42,325 nucleotides of DNA from Malacoraja senta (taxonomy: Eukaryota). Positions within the stretch are counted from its first letter, which is position 1, and each line of letters begins with the position of its first letter. This document shows, one piece after another, positions 22,962-35,149 of this stretch. The notes under the pieces are model-generated. The model ran no database searches and was not told the DNA's origin. It was given only the letters and a program-made list of their open reading frames with translations. Where the stretch lies: the NCBI GenBank assembly GCA_038087875.1, contig JAXLNO010000223.1:1-42325 (forward strand). The letters are read 5' to 3'. Both the position numbers and the translations under genes were made by a program.

Positions 22962-23765
22962 TGTAATTGTAATTGTAATTAATTTATTAGCCAAGTATGT
23001 AGACATACAAAGAATTTGATTTGCCAACGATCATACAAAAAAGCAACAAGATACATAACCACACAAAAATTAAACATAGAACACAGCGGCGAGTGAGAAT
23101 CCCCAGGGTGCACAGCATAAGCTGAGACCCACAGCCATCAGTTCAATGTCCGGGCCACACACACACACACGCTCCTTCACCGTGACCAGAGTTACACTGA
23201 CCGCTGTCACTCTCTCTGCATTCCCTGTCCGCCTGAACAGTCAGAAAGCCGTCCGCACTCGCACTAGACTCCGGGATGTCCTCATGGCGCAATGTCCCCG
23301 CAAACACCGAGGTCTCTGCACTCACGACACTCCCTCCGAGTCCTCACCAGTGCAGGCAGCACGTCCATCTTGTTTTTTCAGTGACCTCACATTCCCCACT
23401 GTGATGGAAGGCAATAACTTATACCTTCTTTCCTCCTTTTATCCTGCGGTCAGGACAATCGAAACATCCGCAGTCGGGGCGATCAAAGCTCCCACATCGG
23501 GGCGGTCGAAGCTCCTGAGGTTGGAGCTCCTGCAGCCGATCGCTAACAAAGGGACCGCCAGCTCCACGATATTAAAGTCGCAGTGCAGACGGAGATAGGA
23601 TGAAAAAGTTCCATCTCCGTCATGTTTCCCCCCACCCCCACATAATACAACACACTAAAGGTACACTAAAAACATACAAATAAACGCAGTGAACACAGAC
23701 CAAAACAGCAAAATAAGAAAGCAGACGAGACAGGTTGTTGGCGCGGCTGCCATGTACGGCGCTAG
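22962..23765 (-). mobile_element. Non-autonomous GC-rich element, copy C, with ~290 bp of unassigned internal sequence
   Basis: Head GCGCCGTACATGGCAGCCGCGCCAACAACCTGTC; TTATTGCCTTCCATCACAGTG; tail GTATGTCTACATAC-TTGGCTAATAAA-(TTACAA)n. Confidence 0.7.
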
Positions 23766-24048
23766 CGCTCTTCCAGTTCCACTTGTCCACGCTTGGATAT
23801 GGGCCAAGAGCGGGCAAGTGGGACTAGCTGGGATAAGGCATCTTGGTCGGCAAGGATGAGTATGGCGGTAGGGCCTGATTCTGTGCTGTATGAGTCTATG
23901 AGAAAGGACAAAGCCAGTGTCTTGGAAATGCACCCCCAAATTGCAATTGAGTGGCTCAGATGGTCTAAGTAAATATGCGTTTTCCACTTGGATAGTTATT
24001 GAAACCCAAGCATGAGTCAACCAGACTTAGTTACCATTGCCTTTACAA

Positions 24049-24938
24049 AGAAACATAGAAAATAGGTGCAGGAGTAGGCCATTCGGCCCTTCGAGCCTGC
24101 ACCGCCATTCAATATGATCATGGCTGATCATCCAACTCAGTATCCCGTACCTGCCTTCTCTCCATACCCCCTGATCCCTTTAACCACAAGGGCCACATCT
24201 AACTCCCTCTTAAATATAGCCAATGAACTGGCCTCAACTACCTTCTGTGGCAGAGAATTCCACAGATTCACCACTCTCTGTGTGAAAAATGTTTTTCTCA
24301 TCTCGGTCCTAAAGGATTTCCCCTTTATCCTTAAACTGTGACTCCTTGTCCTGGACTTCCCCAACATCAGGAACAATCTTCCTGCATCTAGCCTGTCCAA
24401 CCCCTTAAGAATTTTGTAAGTTTCTATAAGATCCCCCCTCAATCTTCTAAATTCTAGCGAGTACAAGCCGAGTCTATCCAGTCTGTCTTCATATGAAAGT
24501 CCTGACATCCCAGGAATCAGTCTGGTGAACCTTCTCTGTACTCACTCTATGGCAAGAATGTCTTTCCTCAGATTAGGAGACCAAAACTGTACGCAATACT
24601 CCAGGCAATATTTAATATATATTGTAAATAGCTGGGGTCCCAGCACTGAGCCTTGCGGTACCCCACTAGTCACTGCCTACCATTCTGAAAAGGACCCGTT
24701 AACTCCTACTCTTTGCTTCCTGTCTGCCAGCCAGTTCTCTATCCACATCAATACTGAACCCCCAATACCGTGTGCTTTAAGTTTGTATACTAATCTCTTA
24801 TGTGGTACCTTGTCGAATGCCTTGTGAAATTCCAGATATAACACATCCACTGGTTCTCCCTTATCCACTCTACTAGTTACATCCTCGAAAAATTCTATAA
24901 GATTCTTCAGACATGATTTACCTTTCATAAATCCATGC
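24049..24938 (-). mobile_element. CR1 fragment, same young subfamily, with ~0.4-kb internal deletion near 24605
   Basis: Near-identical to 10063-11330 but lacks the FADD-containing segment (~10390-10798). Confidence 0.93.
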
Positions 24939-24957
24939 AGAGAACAATGAATCAAAA

Positions 24958-25270
24958 GGGCAGCACAGTGGCACAGTAGTTGAGTTGGAAACAGGCCCTT
25001 CTGCCCATCGAGTCGGCGCTGACCAGCGATCACCTTGTACACCAGCACTATCCCATACACTAGGGACAATTTACAATTTACTGAAGCCGAATAGCCTACA
25101 AACCTTGGCGTCTTTGGAGTGTGGAAGGAAACCGGAGCACCTGGAGGAAACCCATGCAGTCACAGGGAGAACATTCAAACCCCATGCGGACAGCGCTCGT
25201 AGTCAGGATCGAATCGGGGTCTCTGGTGCTCTAAGGCAGGTATTCTACCGCTCTGCCACTGTGCCACCCT
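24958..25270 (-). mobile_element. HE1-like SINE with an opposite-strand 5' head in place of its tail
   Basis: 24958-24986 is a + strand head; 24987-25270 is a - strand SINE. Confidence 0.8.
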
Positions 25271-25483
25271 CAATATTGAACTATTGCAAACAGGTGATAA
25301 TAGCCAGAAATAGCACAATAACAGGCCATTTGGCCCACAATGTATACACTGACCATGATGCCAAGTTAATCTAATCTCCTCTAACTTCAAGTGAACCATA
25401 TCCTTCCATTCCCTGCATATCCATGTACCCATCTGAAAGCCTCTGAATTGCCACCGTCGCACTGCCTCCATAGCCATGTTCCA

Positions 25484-25616
25484 TGTGTAGGAAGGAATTG
25501 CAGATGCTGGTTTACAACGAAGAGAGACACAAAATGCTGGAGTAACTCGGCGGGTCAGGCAGCATCTCAGGAGAAGAGAATAGGTGAGGTTTCGGGTCGA
25601 GACCCTTCTTCAGACT
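25484..25616 (-). mobile_element. Penelope-like terminal repeat fragment
   Basis: Family tail and TTTCGGGTCGAGACCCTTCTTCAGAC. Confidence 0.88.
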
Positions 25617-26017
25617 TGTTCTATGTTCTATGTTCATGGTCGGTACAGACCTCAAGGGCCTGTTCGTGTTCCATGTTCTCAGTTCTATTTCATGGATTTG
25701 GCTCCACTTTGCATCCATTTACCATTGGCCCTGCGCAAGGTTTAGCGACAGTGCTTTCCTCGATCATTACTGAATTAGAAGGTTGGTGTTTGGATATGTT
25801 TGCAGACTGTTGGGGGATTGCTCAACTCCAACCAGAAGTCAACACTGTGGGGGTTTGGGACATTGTTCAGAAAATGATGTTTCATGTTGTAATACGACTG
25901 CCTGGCCGCTGTTTTAATGCACCTATAGCCAGCGAGGAATGGGGTGGACACCACTGGGGAAAGAAAAACTGTGGCTTAAAGAAGGAAAAAAAGAATTCAT
26001 AAAATATATGAATGGTC

Positions 26018-26457
26018 CAATGATGGTCCAATTCTACACGGTCATCGTAGAGTCTGTTCTCACCTTCTTCATCATGGTCTGGTTTGGCTCAGCCACCAAG
26101 CACGACACCTGGAGGCTGCAGTGAATCGTCCGATCAGCAGAGAAGGTTATTGGCTGCAACCTCCCCCCCATTGATGAACTGTACACTGCAAGGGCCAGGA
26201 AGCGAGCGGGCAAGATCATCTCTGACCCCTCTCACCCTGGCCACAAACTCTTTGAATCACTTCCCTCTTTGTTGGTTCACATGCTTGATCAATGGTGTTT
26301 TATCATTAATGTTTTATTATTATTAATGTTTAGTGTTTCCTGAGTCATTCGTAACAGTCACAGTATGTCATGTTGTTACTTGTGGGCGGAGCACCAAGGC
26401 AAATTCCTTGTATGTGAATACTTGGGCAATAAACTTACTTACTTACTTACTTACTTA
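26018..26457 (+). mobile_element. Rex1/Babar LINE 3' fragment
   Basis: FYTVIVESVLTFFIMVWFGS...RLQ*IVRSAEKVIGCNLP...IISDPSHPGHKLFESLPS, with a (TTAC)n tail. Confidence 0.85.
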
Positions 26458-27028
26458 TATATCTTCAGCCCAATTGGTTGAACAGCAAACCAAGTAAAAT
26501 TCCGATCAAAACAGTTTTCTGTTTTACAAACAATGATGGGCATAAAGAGGATAAAATCAGGTTAAAAAAAAAAGCACATAAAGGATTCAGTGTAACACAA
26601 TTGACACACATCTACACCATCTATTTCTTGCTGTCTATAAAACCACAGGAATCCCTATAGAGCTAAATACAATAATCACAGTCAAACCAAGGCATAATTT
26701 ACCACAGCAACAGTGTGTGCATTCACCACACTGTCAAGTGCACGGTTTTGTTCCTTGTTTTCTGTTTGTGTGTAAAATGATAAATCAGCAGATTTAATGG
26801 ACTGAGGTTAAAGAAATGATTAGCAAATTAATTGCTTTATTAGCAGTTTTTAAGGTTCCTCCATCTGAGCCGAACATTTCTTGGCAAAAGGCTCAATGGC
26901 TTTGTCAGAACTTTCCAGCGCTGTGTGAACGACCCTTGGCACCTGAGTCTTGTGATTCTGTGTATGCTCCAGGGTTATTGGTGTACAGTCATTTAAAAAT
27001 AATCCATCCACCTTACAATCTATCTATT

Positions 27029-27586
27029 AGGGCGGCACAGTGGTAGAGCTGCTGCCTCACAGTGCTAGAGACTCTGGTTCAATTCAAACCTCAGCTGCTG
27101 TCAGTGTGGAGTTTGCATGTTCTCCCTGTGACCCGCGTGCGTTTCCTCCGGGTGCTCCCGTTTCCTCCCACATCCCAAAGATGTAGGTTAATTATGAATA
27201 GCCCCTCGTGTGCAGGGAGCAGACGAGAAGGTGGGATAACATAGAACTAGTGTGAACGGGTGCTTGATCAGATGGTCGGCATGGACTCAGCGGGCCGAAG
27301 GTACTGTTTCCACGTGTATCTTTAGTTTTAGTTTTAAGTTACGGCCCACCGAGTCCACATCCCCGTAAACTAACACTATACTACACACTAGGGTCCATTT
27401 ACAATTTTACTGAAACCCGAGCACCCGGAGAAAACCCACGCGGTCACGGGAAGAATGCACCAACTCCGTACAGACAGCGCCCATAGTCATGATCGAACCC
27501 GGGTCTCTGGAGTTGGAGGGCAGCAACTCTACCACTGCACCACCATGCCACTGTCTTGACCATTATATCTCTAAACTAAACTAAAT
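27029..27586. mobile_element. Two HE1-like SINEs: a - strand copy (~27321-27552) inside the tail of a + strand copy
   Basis: The + copy breaks at GTATCT, and TATCTCTAAACTAAACTAAA resumes at ~27566. Confidence 0.8.
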
Positions 27587-27674
27587 AGGCCCAGCCTGTC
27601 CTGTTAACAAACCATGGCTCTGACAACATCGGCCAGAGTTACAAAATACTTTCTGTGATTTGGATGGCACCCTG

Positions 27675-27945
27675 CCTTCTTGCGTTTGGCCCATGTCGCT
27701 CCAAACCTACCCTATCCATGTACCTATCCAAATGTTTTTTGAAATTGTGATGGTACCTGCCTCAACTACCTCCGCTGGCAGCTCGTTCCATGTACCTACC
27801 ACCCTCTGTGTAAAATAGTTGCCCCTCAAACTCCCAATAACTCTTTCCCCCCTCACCTTAAACCTATGTCCTCTGGTGTTTGATTCCCCTACTCAGGATA
27901 AAAGACTCTATGCATTCACCCTATCTATTCCTCTCGTGATCTTAC
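27675..27945 (-). mobile_element. CR1 3' fragment
   Basis: GTACCTGCCTCAACTACCTCC and CCTCACCTTAAACCTATGTCCTCTGG, as in the other CR1 copies. Confidence 0.82.
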
Positions 27946-28383
27946 AGATGGAGTCCATTCCTGACCTTCTCCTTGTTAGTAACTTGCACCTTAGTGACAA
28001 TGCCTCCTCTGACCATCCAAGCCCACCACATCTGTAACATTGCCAAATCAATTCAAAACGGACTGAAATAATGATAGAATTGTCACAACATGTTAGCTGG
28101 GCATTCAGCCAGTCGAGTCAATGCCAGCTGCCAGGAGGACAATCCAGTCAGCCCACTTACTCTTGCTCTTTCTCCGTGGTTTTGTATAATCATTCTCTCT
28201 CAAATGCCTATCCAATTCCTTCATGAAAGCACTGATTGTTTCTGTTTCCACCATCCCACAGCCTTGTATTTCAGATCATTACATTCTGTGTAATAAAGCT
28301 TTTCCTAGCTTTCCACTTTTACATTTTGCCCCAAATGGTATTGCTGTGAACTTTGCTTCTTGAACCATCCATTTGATTAATGG

Positions 28384-28748
28384 GTTTAGTTTAGTTTCTT
28401 TTTCCGTTTAGTTTAGTTTAGATACAGCATGGAAACAGTCCCTTCGGCCCGCCAAGTCCATGCCAACCATTGATCACCCACTCACTAGTTCTATGTTATC
28501 ACGCTTTCTCATCCACTCCTGACACACTAGCGGCAATTTACAGAAGCCAATTAACCTGCAAACCTGCATGTCTTTGGAACGTGGGAGGAAACCGGAGCAC
28601 CCCCCACCTCCCCCCCCCCCGGAGAAAACCCACGCAGTCACATGGAGAACGTACAAACTCTGCACAGGCAGCATCCGTGGTCAGGATCGAACCTGGATCT
28701 CTGGCGCTGGAAGGCAGCAACTCTACCGCTGTGCCACCGCGCCACCCA
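28384..28748 (-). mobile_element. HE1-like SINE
   Basis: A/B boxes, (GTTTA)n tail and an internal C-run. Confidence 0.9.
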
Positions 28749-29238
28749 TGATGGTCTTTAACATTTCTGTCAATTCTCCCAACCTTCTCTTCTCCAAAGA
28801 GATAACCCAAACGTCCACCAGCAAGTACTGGCAAGACCACAGGGCATCCGTGTTAACTGCTCAATGGATTTCTGATATTTTGACTTTGTTTATGTCAGTT
28901 TCCTTGATTGCTGCTTCACGTAGAGTCAATATCTTTGTGCAGCCTTATTAACCCCTGCGGCTTCCAGATCTATCCCAACAGTACTGCTCCCTTCCCGCCT
29001 TGCAACGTTTCCCAATTCTACCGCTACCTATTCTCTTCTGCTGCAGAAAGCATTATGCTGGCCACATCAGACCTCAACTTTGATAACTTTACCCCGAGCT
29101 TCAATCCATTCAAAACCTGCTCTTTGTTTCCTTACCAGCAAATAACACTCACTCCACCACCATCCATCCATCCCAACCTCCACTGGGTCTCCACACTCCA
29201 GCTCAGTGGAGAAACAAGGAACTGCACATGATGGTTTA

Positions 29239-29477
29239 AGGGCCTGTCCCACTTGGGCTTTATTTGCGCGTCATTTACGCGACATCATTTACACGTCATG
29301 ACGCACGACGCAACATTATTTACGCATGGCGTCATTACGGCGCATGGCGCGTGGTGAGACGTGGTGGCGTAGGCATTGGCACGCGGTCGCGCACGGCGCC
29401 CCAGGATTTTGGGATTCACAAAATCTTCGCGTGCCACCTGCGTGACGCGCAAATGAGGCCCAAGTGGGACAGGCCCT
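29239..29477. mobile_element. PIF/Harbinger-type MITE
   Basis: TIR AGGGCCTGTCCCACTTGGGC, TTA on both sides, CpG-rich interior. Confidence 0.92.
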
Positions 29478-29487
29478 TTACACAAAA

Positions 29488-29688
29488 CGGACACAAGGTA
29501 ACTCAGCAGGTCAGGCAGCACCTCTGGGGAACATGGATAGGTGACGTTTCAGGTCGATGTTTCAGGTGGATGACGTGAAGCATCACCTATCGATGTTCTC
29601 TAGAGGTGCTGCCTGACCTGCTGAGTTGCTCCAGCATTTTGTGTCCTTTTATGTATTTACCAGCATCTGCAGTTCTTCGTTTCTACAT
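29488..29688. mobile_element. Penelope-like repeats, inverted pair
   Basis: AACTCAGCAGGTCAGGCAGCACCTCT / AGAGGTGCTGCCTGACCTGCTGAGTT. Confidence 0.85.
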
Positions 29689-29894
29689 TTCAGCCTGGTT
29701 TAATATGTATAGTCAGCTTACATATCAGACATTTATTGGCATGAGCAGGCATGGCAGTGTCAGAGATCGCACGATTAATACGTCATCAGTTTAGTTCATG
29801 AAGTGTGCAGTAATGAATCCAGTTGTGACAAGGATATCCTCAGCTACCAGCCCTGGTCATTCTACATTCACAAATCTACTCCGTGTGTTCAGGG

Positions 29895-30161
29895 CACATT
29901 TCCTTTTCACACAACGTGTGTTTAAGGAAGACTCCACATCTGCAGGTGACCGGCGATGTTTGCAACCCGGGTAAGAAGGAGAATGTAGGGAAAACAAGCA
30001 ACAAAATGGGGAAGAGGATAGTCAGCTGAAGACATGGTCAGTAAGGGTGGGTTGGCACGGTGAAGGAAATTGGATCCAGGATTTTGGTGGCCGGAGTGGA
30101 CTGGTTAAATGATCGGTGACTGGAAAAGACGGAAGATAACCAGAGGAGCAAACGGTATGTA
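29895..30161 (+). repeat. Direct duplicate of 7409-7666
   Basis: Direct alignment by eye. Confidence 0.92.
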
Positions 30162-30216
30162 GAACGAGAGTCCGCAGCCAGGCTGAACCCTGGAGCCACC
30201 GTCTTCACCTCAACAT

Positions 30217-30306
30217 GAAGAAGGGTTTCGGACCGAAACGTTGCCCATTTCCTTCACTCCATAGATGCTGCTGCACCCGCTGAATTTCTCCAGCATTTTT
30301 GTGTAC
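30217..30306 (+). mobile_element. Solo Penelope-like repeat with 14-bp TSD
   Basis: CTTCACCTCAACAT at 30203-30216 and 30307-30320. Confidence 0.9.
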
Positions 30307-30489
30307 CTTCACCTCAACATACCCAGATCACAGAGAGCCTACAGTCTGAATAACAACCCGACCAGAAACACCTCAAACCCAGCCGATCCACTCAGCTTCT
30401 GTCGATATGTGCAGTTCTGAAGGCACTAAATGAAATGTGCGCTCCTTTCAATCTGGTAAATTGTCCGAAAAAACATGTGGATTTGTGCG

Positions 30490-30917
30490 ATAAAACCATG
30501 AGTGGAATTATAAAATCCCGAGGGGAACAGGTAGGGTGAACACTCTGTATTATTGTTTACACGGGGTGGGGGAATCGAGAACCAGAGGGGCAAAGGTTTT
30601 AAGTATGTGGGGAAAGCTTTAATAGGAACCCGAGGGGCAACCCTTTCACTCAGAGGATGGTGGGTATATATCAAATGAGTTAGTAAGAGGCAGTTACTAT
30701 AACAGCTTTTACAAGAAGTTATTATAACAGCATTTCCAAGACACCTGAACAGGATCAGGATCGGAAACAATTGGGGGATGTGGGCAAACATGGACAACTG
30801 AGATTAGCTAAGATGGGGCACCTTGGTAGGCATGGGCATGGGCATGGATGAGTCGGTTTGAAGGGCTTGTTTCCATGCTCCATTACTGTACAACTCAATG
30901 ACTCTCATAACTCTATG
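30490..30917 (+). mobile_element. Old CR1 3' end
   Basis: GGAATCGAGAACCAGAGG and TTCACTCAGAGGATGGTGGG. Confidence 0.75.
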
Positions 30918-30961
30918 ATACATAAGATCTAAAGAGGTAAAATGGAAGTTGTAATGTTGAA

Positions 30962-31061
30962 GGTAGACAAAGATGCTGGAGAAACTCAGTGGGTGAGGCA
31001 GCATCTATGGAGCGAAGGAAATAGGCGACGTTTCGGGTCGAAACCCTTCTTCAGACCCTTC
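30962..31061 (-). mobile_element. Solo Penelope-like repeat with 13-bp TSD
   Basis: TTGTAATGTTGAA at 30949-30961 and 31062-31074. Confidence 0.9.
31023..31058 (-). ncRNA. Minimal hammerhead ribozyme motif, intact core
   Basis: GGGU-CUGAAGA-A-GGGU(UUCG)ACCC-GAAACGUC-GCCU: GUC cleavage triplet and short stem I GGGU/GCCU. Confidence 0.72.
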
Positions 31062-31379
31062 TTGTAATGTTGAATTCTTTTCACGGTTTGAGATATAAAA
31101 TATTAATTGCAACCCAACTACTTCCCAGATCTATATTAGAATGATGGAAACAGTTGGAGACCATGGTCACAGAGGTACTCTGCATTAGTTAGTACACAAA
31201 CAAAAGCTCTTCACTGTACCTTGGTACACGTGACAATCATCAACCTGAACCTAAACTTAACATTCAACGGGAATAGTTTTGTTCAGAATATTGATGTGGA
31301 ACACAGCAGTTCAGGGATTAGTCCAAGTTTTGAATCCAGATCTCAACAGCTGGCTTTGGTATCTGAAGAAATTACAATG

Positions 31380-32160
31380 AGTAGCCCAGTCCATCACCAG
31401 ACTTTCCATCATTGACTCCGTCTACACTTCATGCTGCTTCAGAAAAGGAGCCGACATCATCAAAGATTTATTTCACCACGGTCATTCATTCTTCTCCCTG
31501 CTCCCATTGTGCAGAAGGTACAGAAGCTTGAAAGTTTAGTTCCGTTTAGTTTAGAAATACAGCGATGAAACAGGCCCTTCGGCCCACCGAGTCCGCACTG
31601 ACCAACAATCACCTGAACACTGGTTCAATCTTACACCCCAGAAACAATTGATCGAAGCTAATTAACCTACAAACCTGCACGTTATTGGAGTGTGGGAGGA
31701 AACCGGAGCACCCGGAGAAAACCCACACTGTTACGTGGAGAACGTACAAATTCCATATAGACAGCGCCCGTAGTCAGGATTGAACTCGGGTCTCTGGCGC
31801 TAAAGGGCAACAACTCTACCGCTGTGCCACTATGCCGCCCTAACGCACCACCAGACTCAGAAACAGTTTCTTCCCCTCTATTATCATACTTCTGAACAGT
31901 CCTCCCTTCAGCTAGAGTATTGTCCGATTCATCTCTACCCCATGGTGGGTATTGGACTTTGTCTATGCAACTGATGCGCTACACTGCTGAGAACGATATT
32001 CTGCACTCTGTATCTTCCCCTGAGCTCTACCTATTGTCCTTGAGTTTGACTTGATTGTATTTCCGCCTGGTATATCTGATCTGCTTGGATAGCATGCAAA
32101 ACAAAGCTTTCCACTGTACCTCGGGACATCTGACAACATTAAACCAAAACCTAAACTGAA
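31380..32160 (+). mobile_element. Rex1/Babar 3' fragment split by a SINE
   Basis: IDSVYTSCCFRKGADIIKDLFHHGHSFFSLLPLCRRYRSLK ... RTTRLRNSFFPSII; tail CACTGTACCTCGGGACATCTGACAAC. Confidence 0.8.
31533..31840 (-). mobile_element. HE1-like SINE
   Basis: Full-length copy on the reverse strand. Confidence 0.9.
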
Positions 32161-32310
32161 TCTTGGGTACTGCTATATGAAAGGCAAGTTGGTGTTGTTG
32201 AGCCTCCCAGGTTACTGAAACACTACCCAGGAAAACTGTAACACAAGCTAGGCCCAAGGACTCTCACCTCTTCCACCAAGCATGTCACCACTGAAGAATT
32301 AGGAAACTCC

Positions 32311-32875
32311 TCATAGAGTCATACAGAGTAGAGACAGGCCTTTTGGCCCAACTTGCCCACGTCGACTATCATGCCCCATCTGCAGCACTGCTTGTTTTTG
32401 GCCCATCTCCCTTTAAACCTATCCTATCCATGTAGCTGTCTAAATGTTTCTTAAACGTTGCAATGGTACCTGCGTCAACTACCTCCTCCGGCAGCTCATT
32501 TTGCCCTAAAACAGTTACCCCTCAGGTTCTCATTAAATCTTCCCCCCCTCCCTCACCTAAAAACAATGTCCTCTGGTTCCTGATTCCCCTACTCTGGTTA
32601 AAAGACTCAAAGGAATAAAGTCCTAGGCTGCTCAACCTTTCCCTACAGTTCAGGCCCTCGTGTCTTGGCAACATCCTCGTAAATCTTCCCTGCACCCTTT
32701 CCAGCTTGACAACATCTTTCCTATAACATGGTGCCCAGAACTGAACATAATACTCTAAATGTGGCCTCACCAACATCTTATACAACTGCAACATGGCCTC
32801 CCAACTTCTATACTCAATGCTCTGACTGATGAAGGCCAATGTGCCAAAAGCCTTTTTGACCACCTTATCTACCTA
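32311..32875 (-). mobile_element. CR1 3' fragment
   Basis: [48 protein letters not shown]. Confidence 0.92.
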
Positions 32876-32899
32876 ATTCCCCACATTCAACCACTCACC

Positions 32900-33097
32900 C
32901 ACACCGATGTGGGTCGTTGATGATGCTGGCTGCCTTTTCGAGGCAGCACTTCCTATAGATTCCTTTGGTGGTGGGGAGGTCAGCACTCATGATGGATTGG
33001 GCAGTGTTCAACACTTTTTGTAATCGCCTTTATTCCTGGGAGTTCAAGATACCGAACCAGGCCATGATGCAATCAGTCAATATGCTCTCTACCGTAA
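32900..33097 (-). mobile_element. Rex1/Babar fragment
   Basis: Reverse translation TVESILTDCIMAWFG...RLQKVLNTAQSIM...KAASIINDPH. Confidence 0.75.
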
Positions 33098-33459
33098 TGG
33101 GGTAATGTACAATGGCCTAGTCAACAATTCATCGAGTTGTAGAGCATGGGAAAAGGCTCCATTGGCTCACCATGTCCATGCTGAGATTTCTACCCATCTA
33201 CTCTAATCCCATTTGACTGCAATATGGCCGTAACCTTTTATCTTACTACCTGTCTAAGTGTCCTGAAAATATTATGATTGTATGTGACTACATCACCTCC
33301 TCTGCCAGCAACTCAAGAAGGGCCTTTGACCTGAAACGCTAACTATCTTTCTCTTCCAACAGATGTGGCCGAACCTGCTGAGTTCTTACAATAGTTTCTG
33401 TTTCCGGTTTTGATTTTCATTGTCTCTTAAACATCGTGATTGTTTCTGATTGCACCACC

Positions 33460-34590
33460 TTCTTGAAGAAGTGAATAGCAGGACAGACAAAGGAGAGTCA
33501 GTAGATGTTGTTTACTTAGATTTTCAGAAAGCCTTTGATAAGGTGCCACACGTTAGGCTGCTTAGGAAGATGAGAGCCCACGGTATCAAAGGGCAGATAC
33601 TAACATGGATAGCAAGTTGGCTGGATGGCAGAAGACAAAGAGTGGCAATTAAGGGGGCTTTTTCTAGTTGTTCAAGAAGGAACTGCAGATGCTGGAAAAT
33701 CGAAGGTAGACAAAAGTGCTGGAGAAACACAGCGGGTGCAGCAGCATCTATGGAGCGAAGGAAATAGGCAACGTTTCGGGCCGAGACCCTTCTTCAGACG
33801 TGACTAGTGGAGTTCCGCAAAGGTCGTTGTTGGGCCGTTCCTCTTCACGTTGTATATTAATGATTTCGACGAGGGGATTGAAGGCTTTGTGGCCAAGTTT
33901 GCGGATGATACGAAAATAGGTGGAGGGGCAGATAGTGTAGAAAAAGCAGGGACTCTGCAGAAGGACTTGGGCAGGCTGGGAGAGTGGGCAGAGAAATGGC
34001 AGATGGAATATAGTGTAGCAAAGTGTGGAGTCATGCATTTTGGTAGTAGGAATAGAGAATCCAGAATTCGGAGGTGCAAAGGGACTTGGGAGTGCTGGTG
34101 CAGGATTCCCAAAAAGTTAATCAGCGAGTCGAATCGGTAGTAAAGAAAGCAAACTCAATGCTGGCATTTATTTCATGAGGGCTTGTATACAAAAACAGGG
34201 ATGTAATGCTGAGGCTCTGTAAGGCGCTGGTATGGCCACATTTGGAATATTGTGAGCAATTTTGGGCACCGTATCTGAGGAAGCATATGCTGGCTCTGGA
34301 GAGGGTCCAGAGGAGGTTTACAAGAATGATCCCAAGAATTAGTGGGTTAACATATGACGAGCATTTGTCGGCACTGGGCTTGTACTTGCTGGAGTTTGGG
34401 AGAACGATAATTGAAACGTACAGAATAGTGAACGGCTTAGATGTGGAGAGGATGCGGGAGAGTCTAGGACTAGAGGTCACAGCCTCAGAATTAAAGGATG
34501 TTCTTTTAGGAAGGAGATGAGGAGAAATCTCTTTAGTCATAGGGTGGTGAATCTGTGGAACTCTTTGCCACTGAAGGCTGTGGAGGCAGT
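33460..34590 (+). mobile_element. CR1 RT fragment (older subfamily) with a Penelope-like repeat at ~33668-33799
   Basis: VDVVYLDFQKAFDKVPH, AKFADDTKIGG, PHLEYCEQFWAPY. Confidence 0.92.
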
Positions 34591-35149
34591 ATCACTAAAA
34601 CTACACTCCAGTTCTATAGTTTAAAACTGTAATAAAATCACCATGAATCCCCACATCGATTGTAGTTGGCATTAACCGGCAGCCTTTATTTATCAGTTAA
34701 AACATCTTTGAATCGCTGTATAAATGCTGGTTGGTACAGTGTGTACACACGAGACTGCAGCATCATCAAGTGGCAGTTTTTAAGCACTTCACCATTTTCT
34801 TTATTTACATTATTGCAGCAAACATTTACTTTCATTGTACTAGTGAAAGCTGCCCAAGAGACCCATTAAGCTCAAATCTCACTTAAGCAACTTTCTCTGG
34901 CAAAACAGAATTGATGTTGGCAGTTTTCAGCTGTGCTGCATATAGCGTGGGCCTCTTTTTCGTTATGATGCGACTCTGATACACTGTTTTAACAAAAGTC
35001 TTAGCTTTCTCCGCATGTGTGCCTTTCCACATGCTTGCTGGTGTGGAACCTGCCAGGGACTTGCCTGAAACAGGAGGTAGACCATGATCATCGATGCAGG
35101 CTCTGTTTGTTCTGTACCTACCCATGCCTCTATTGTCCCCCTCCCTGAC

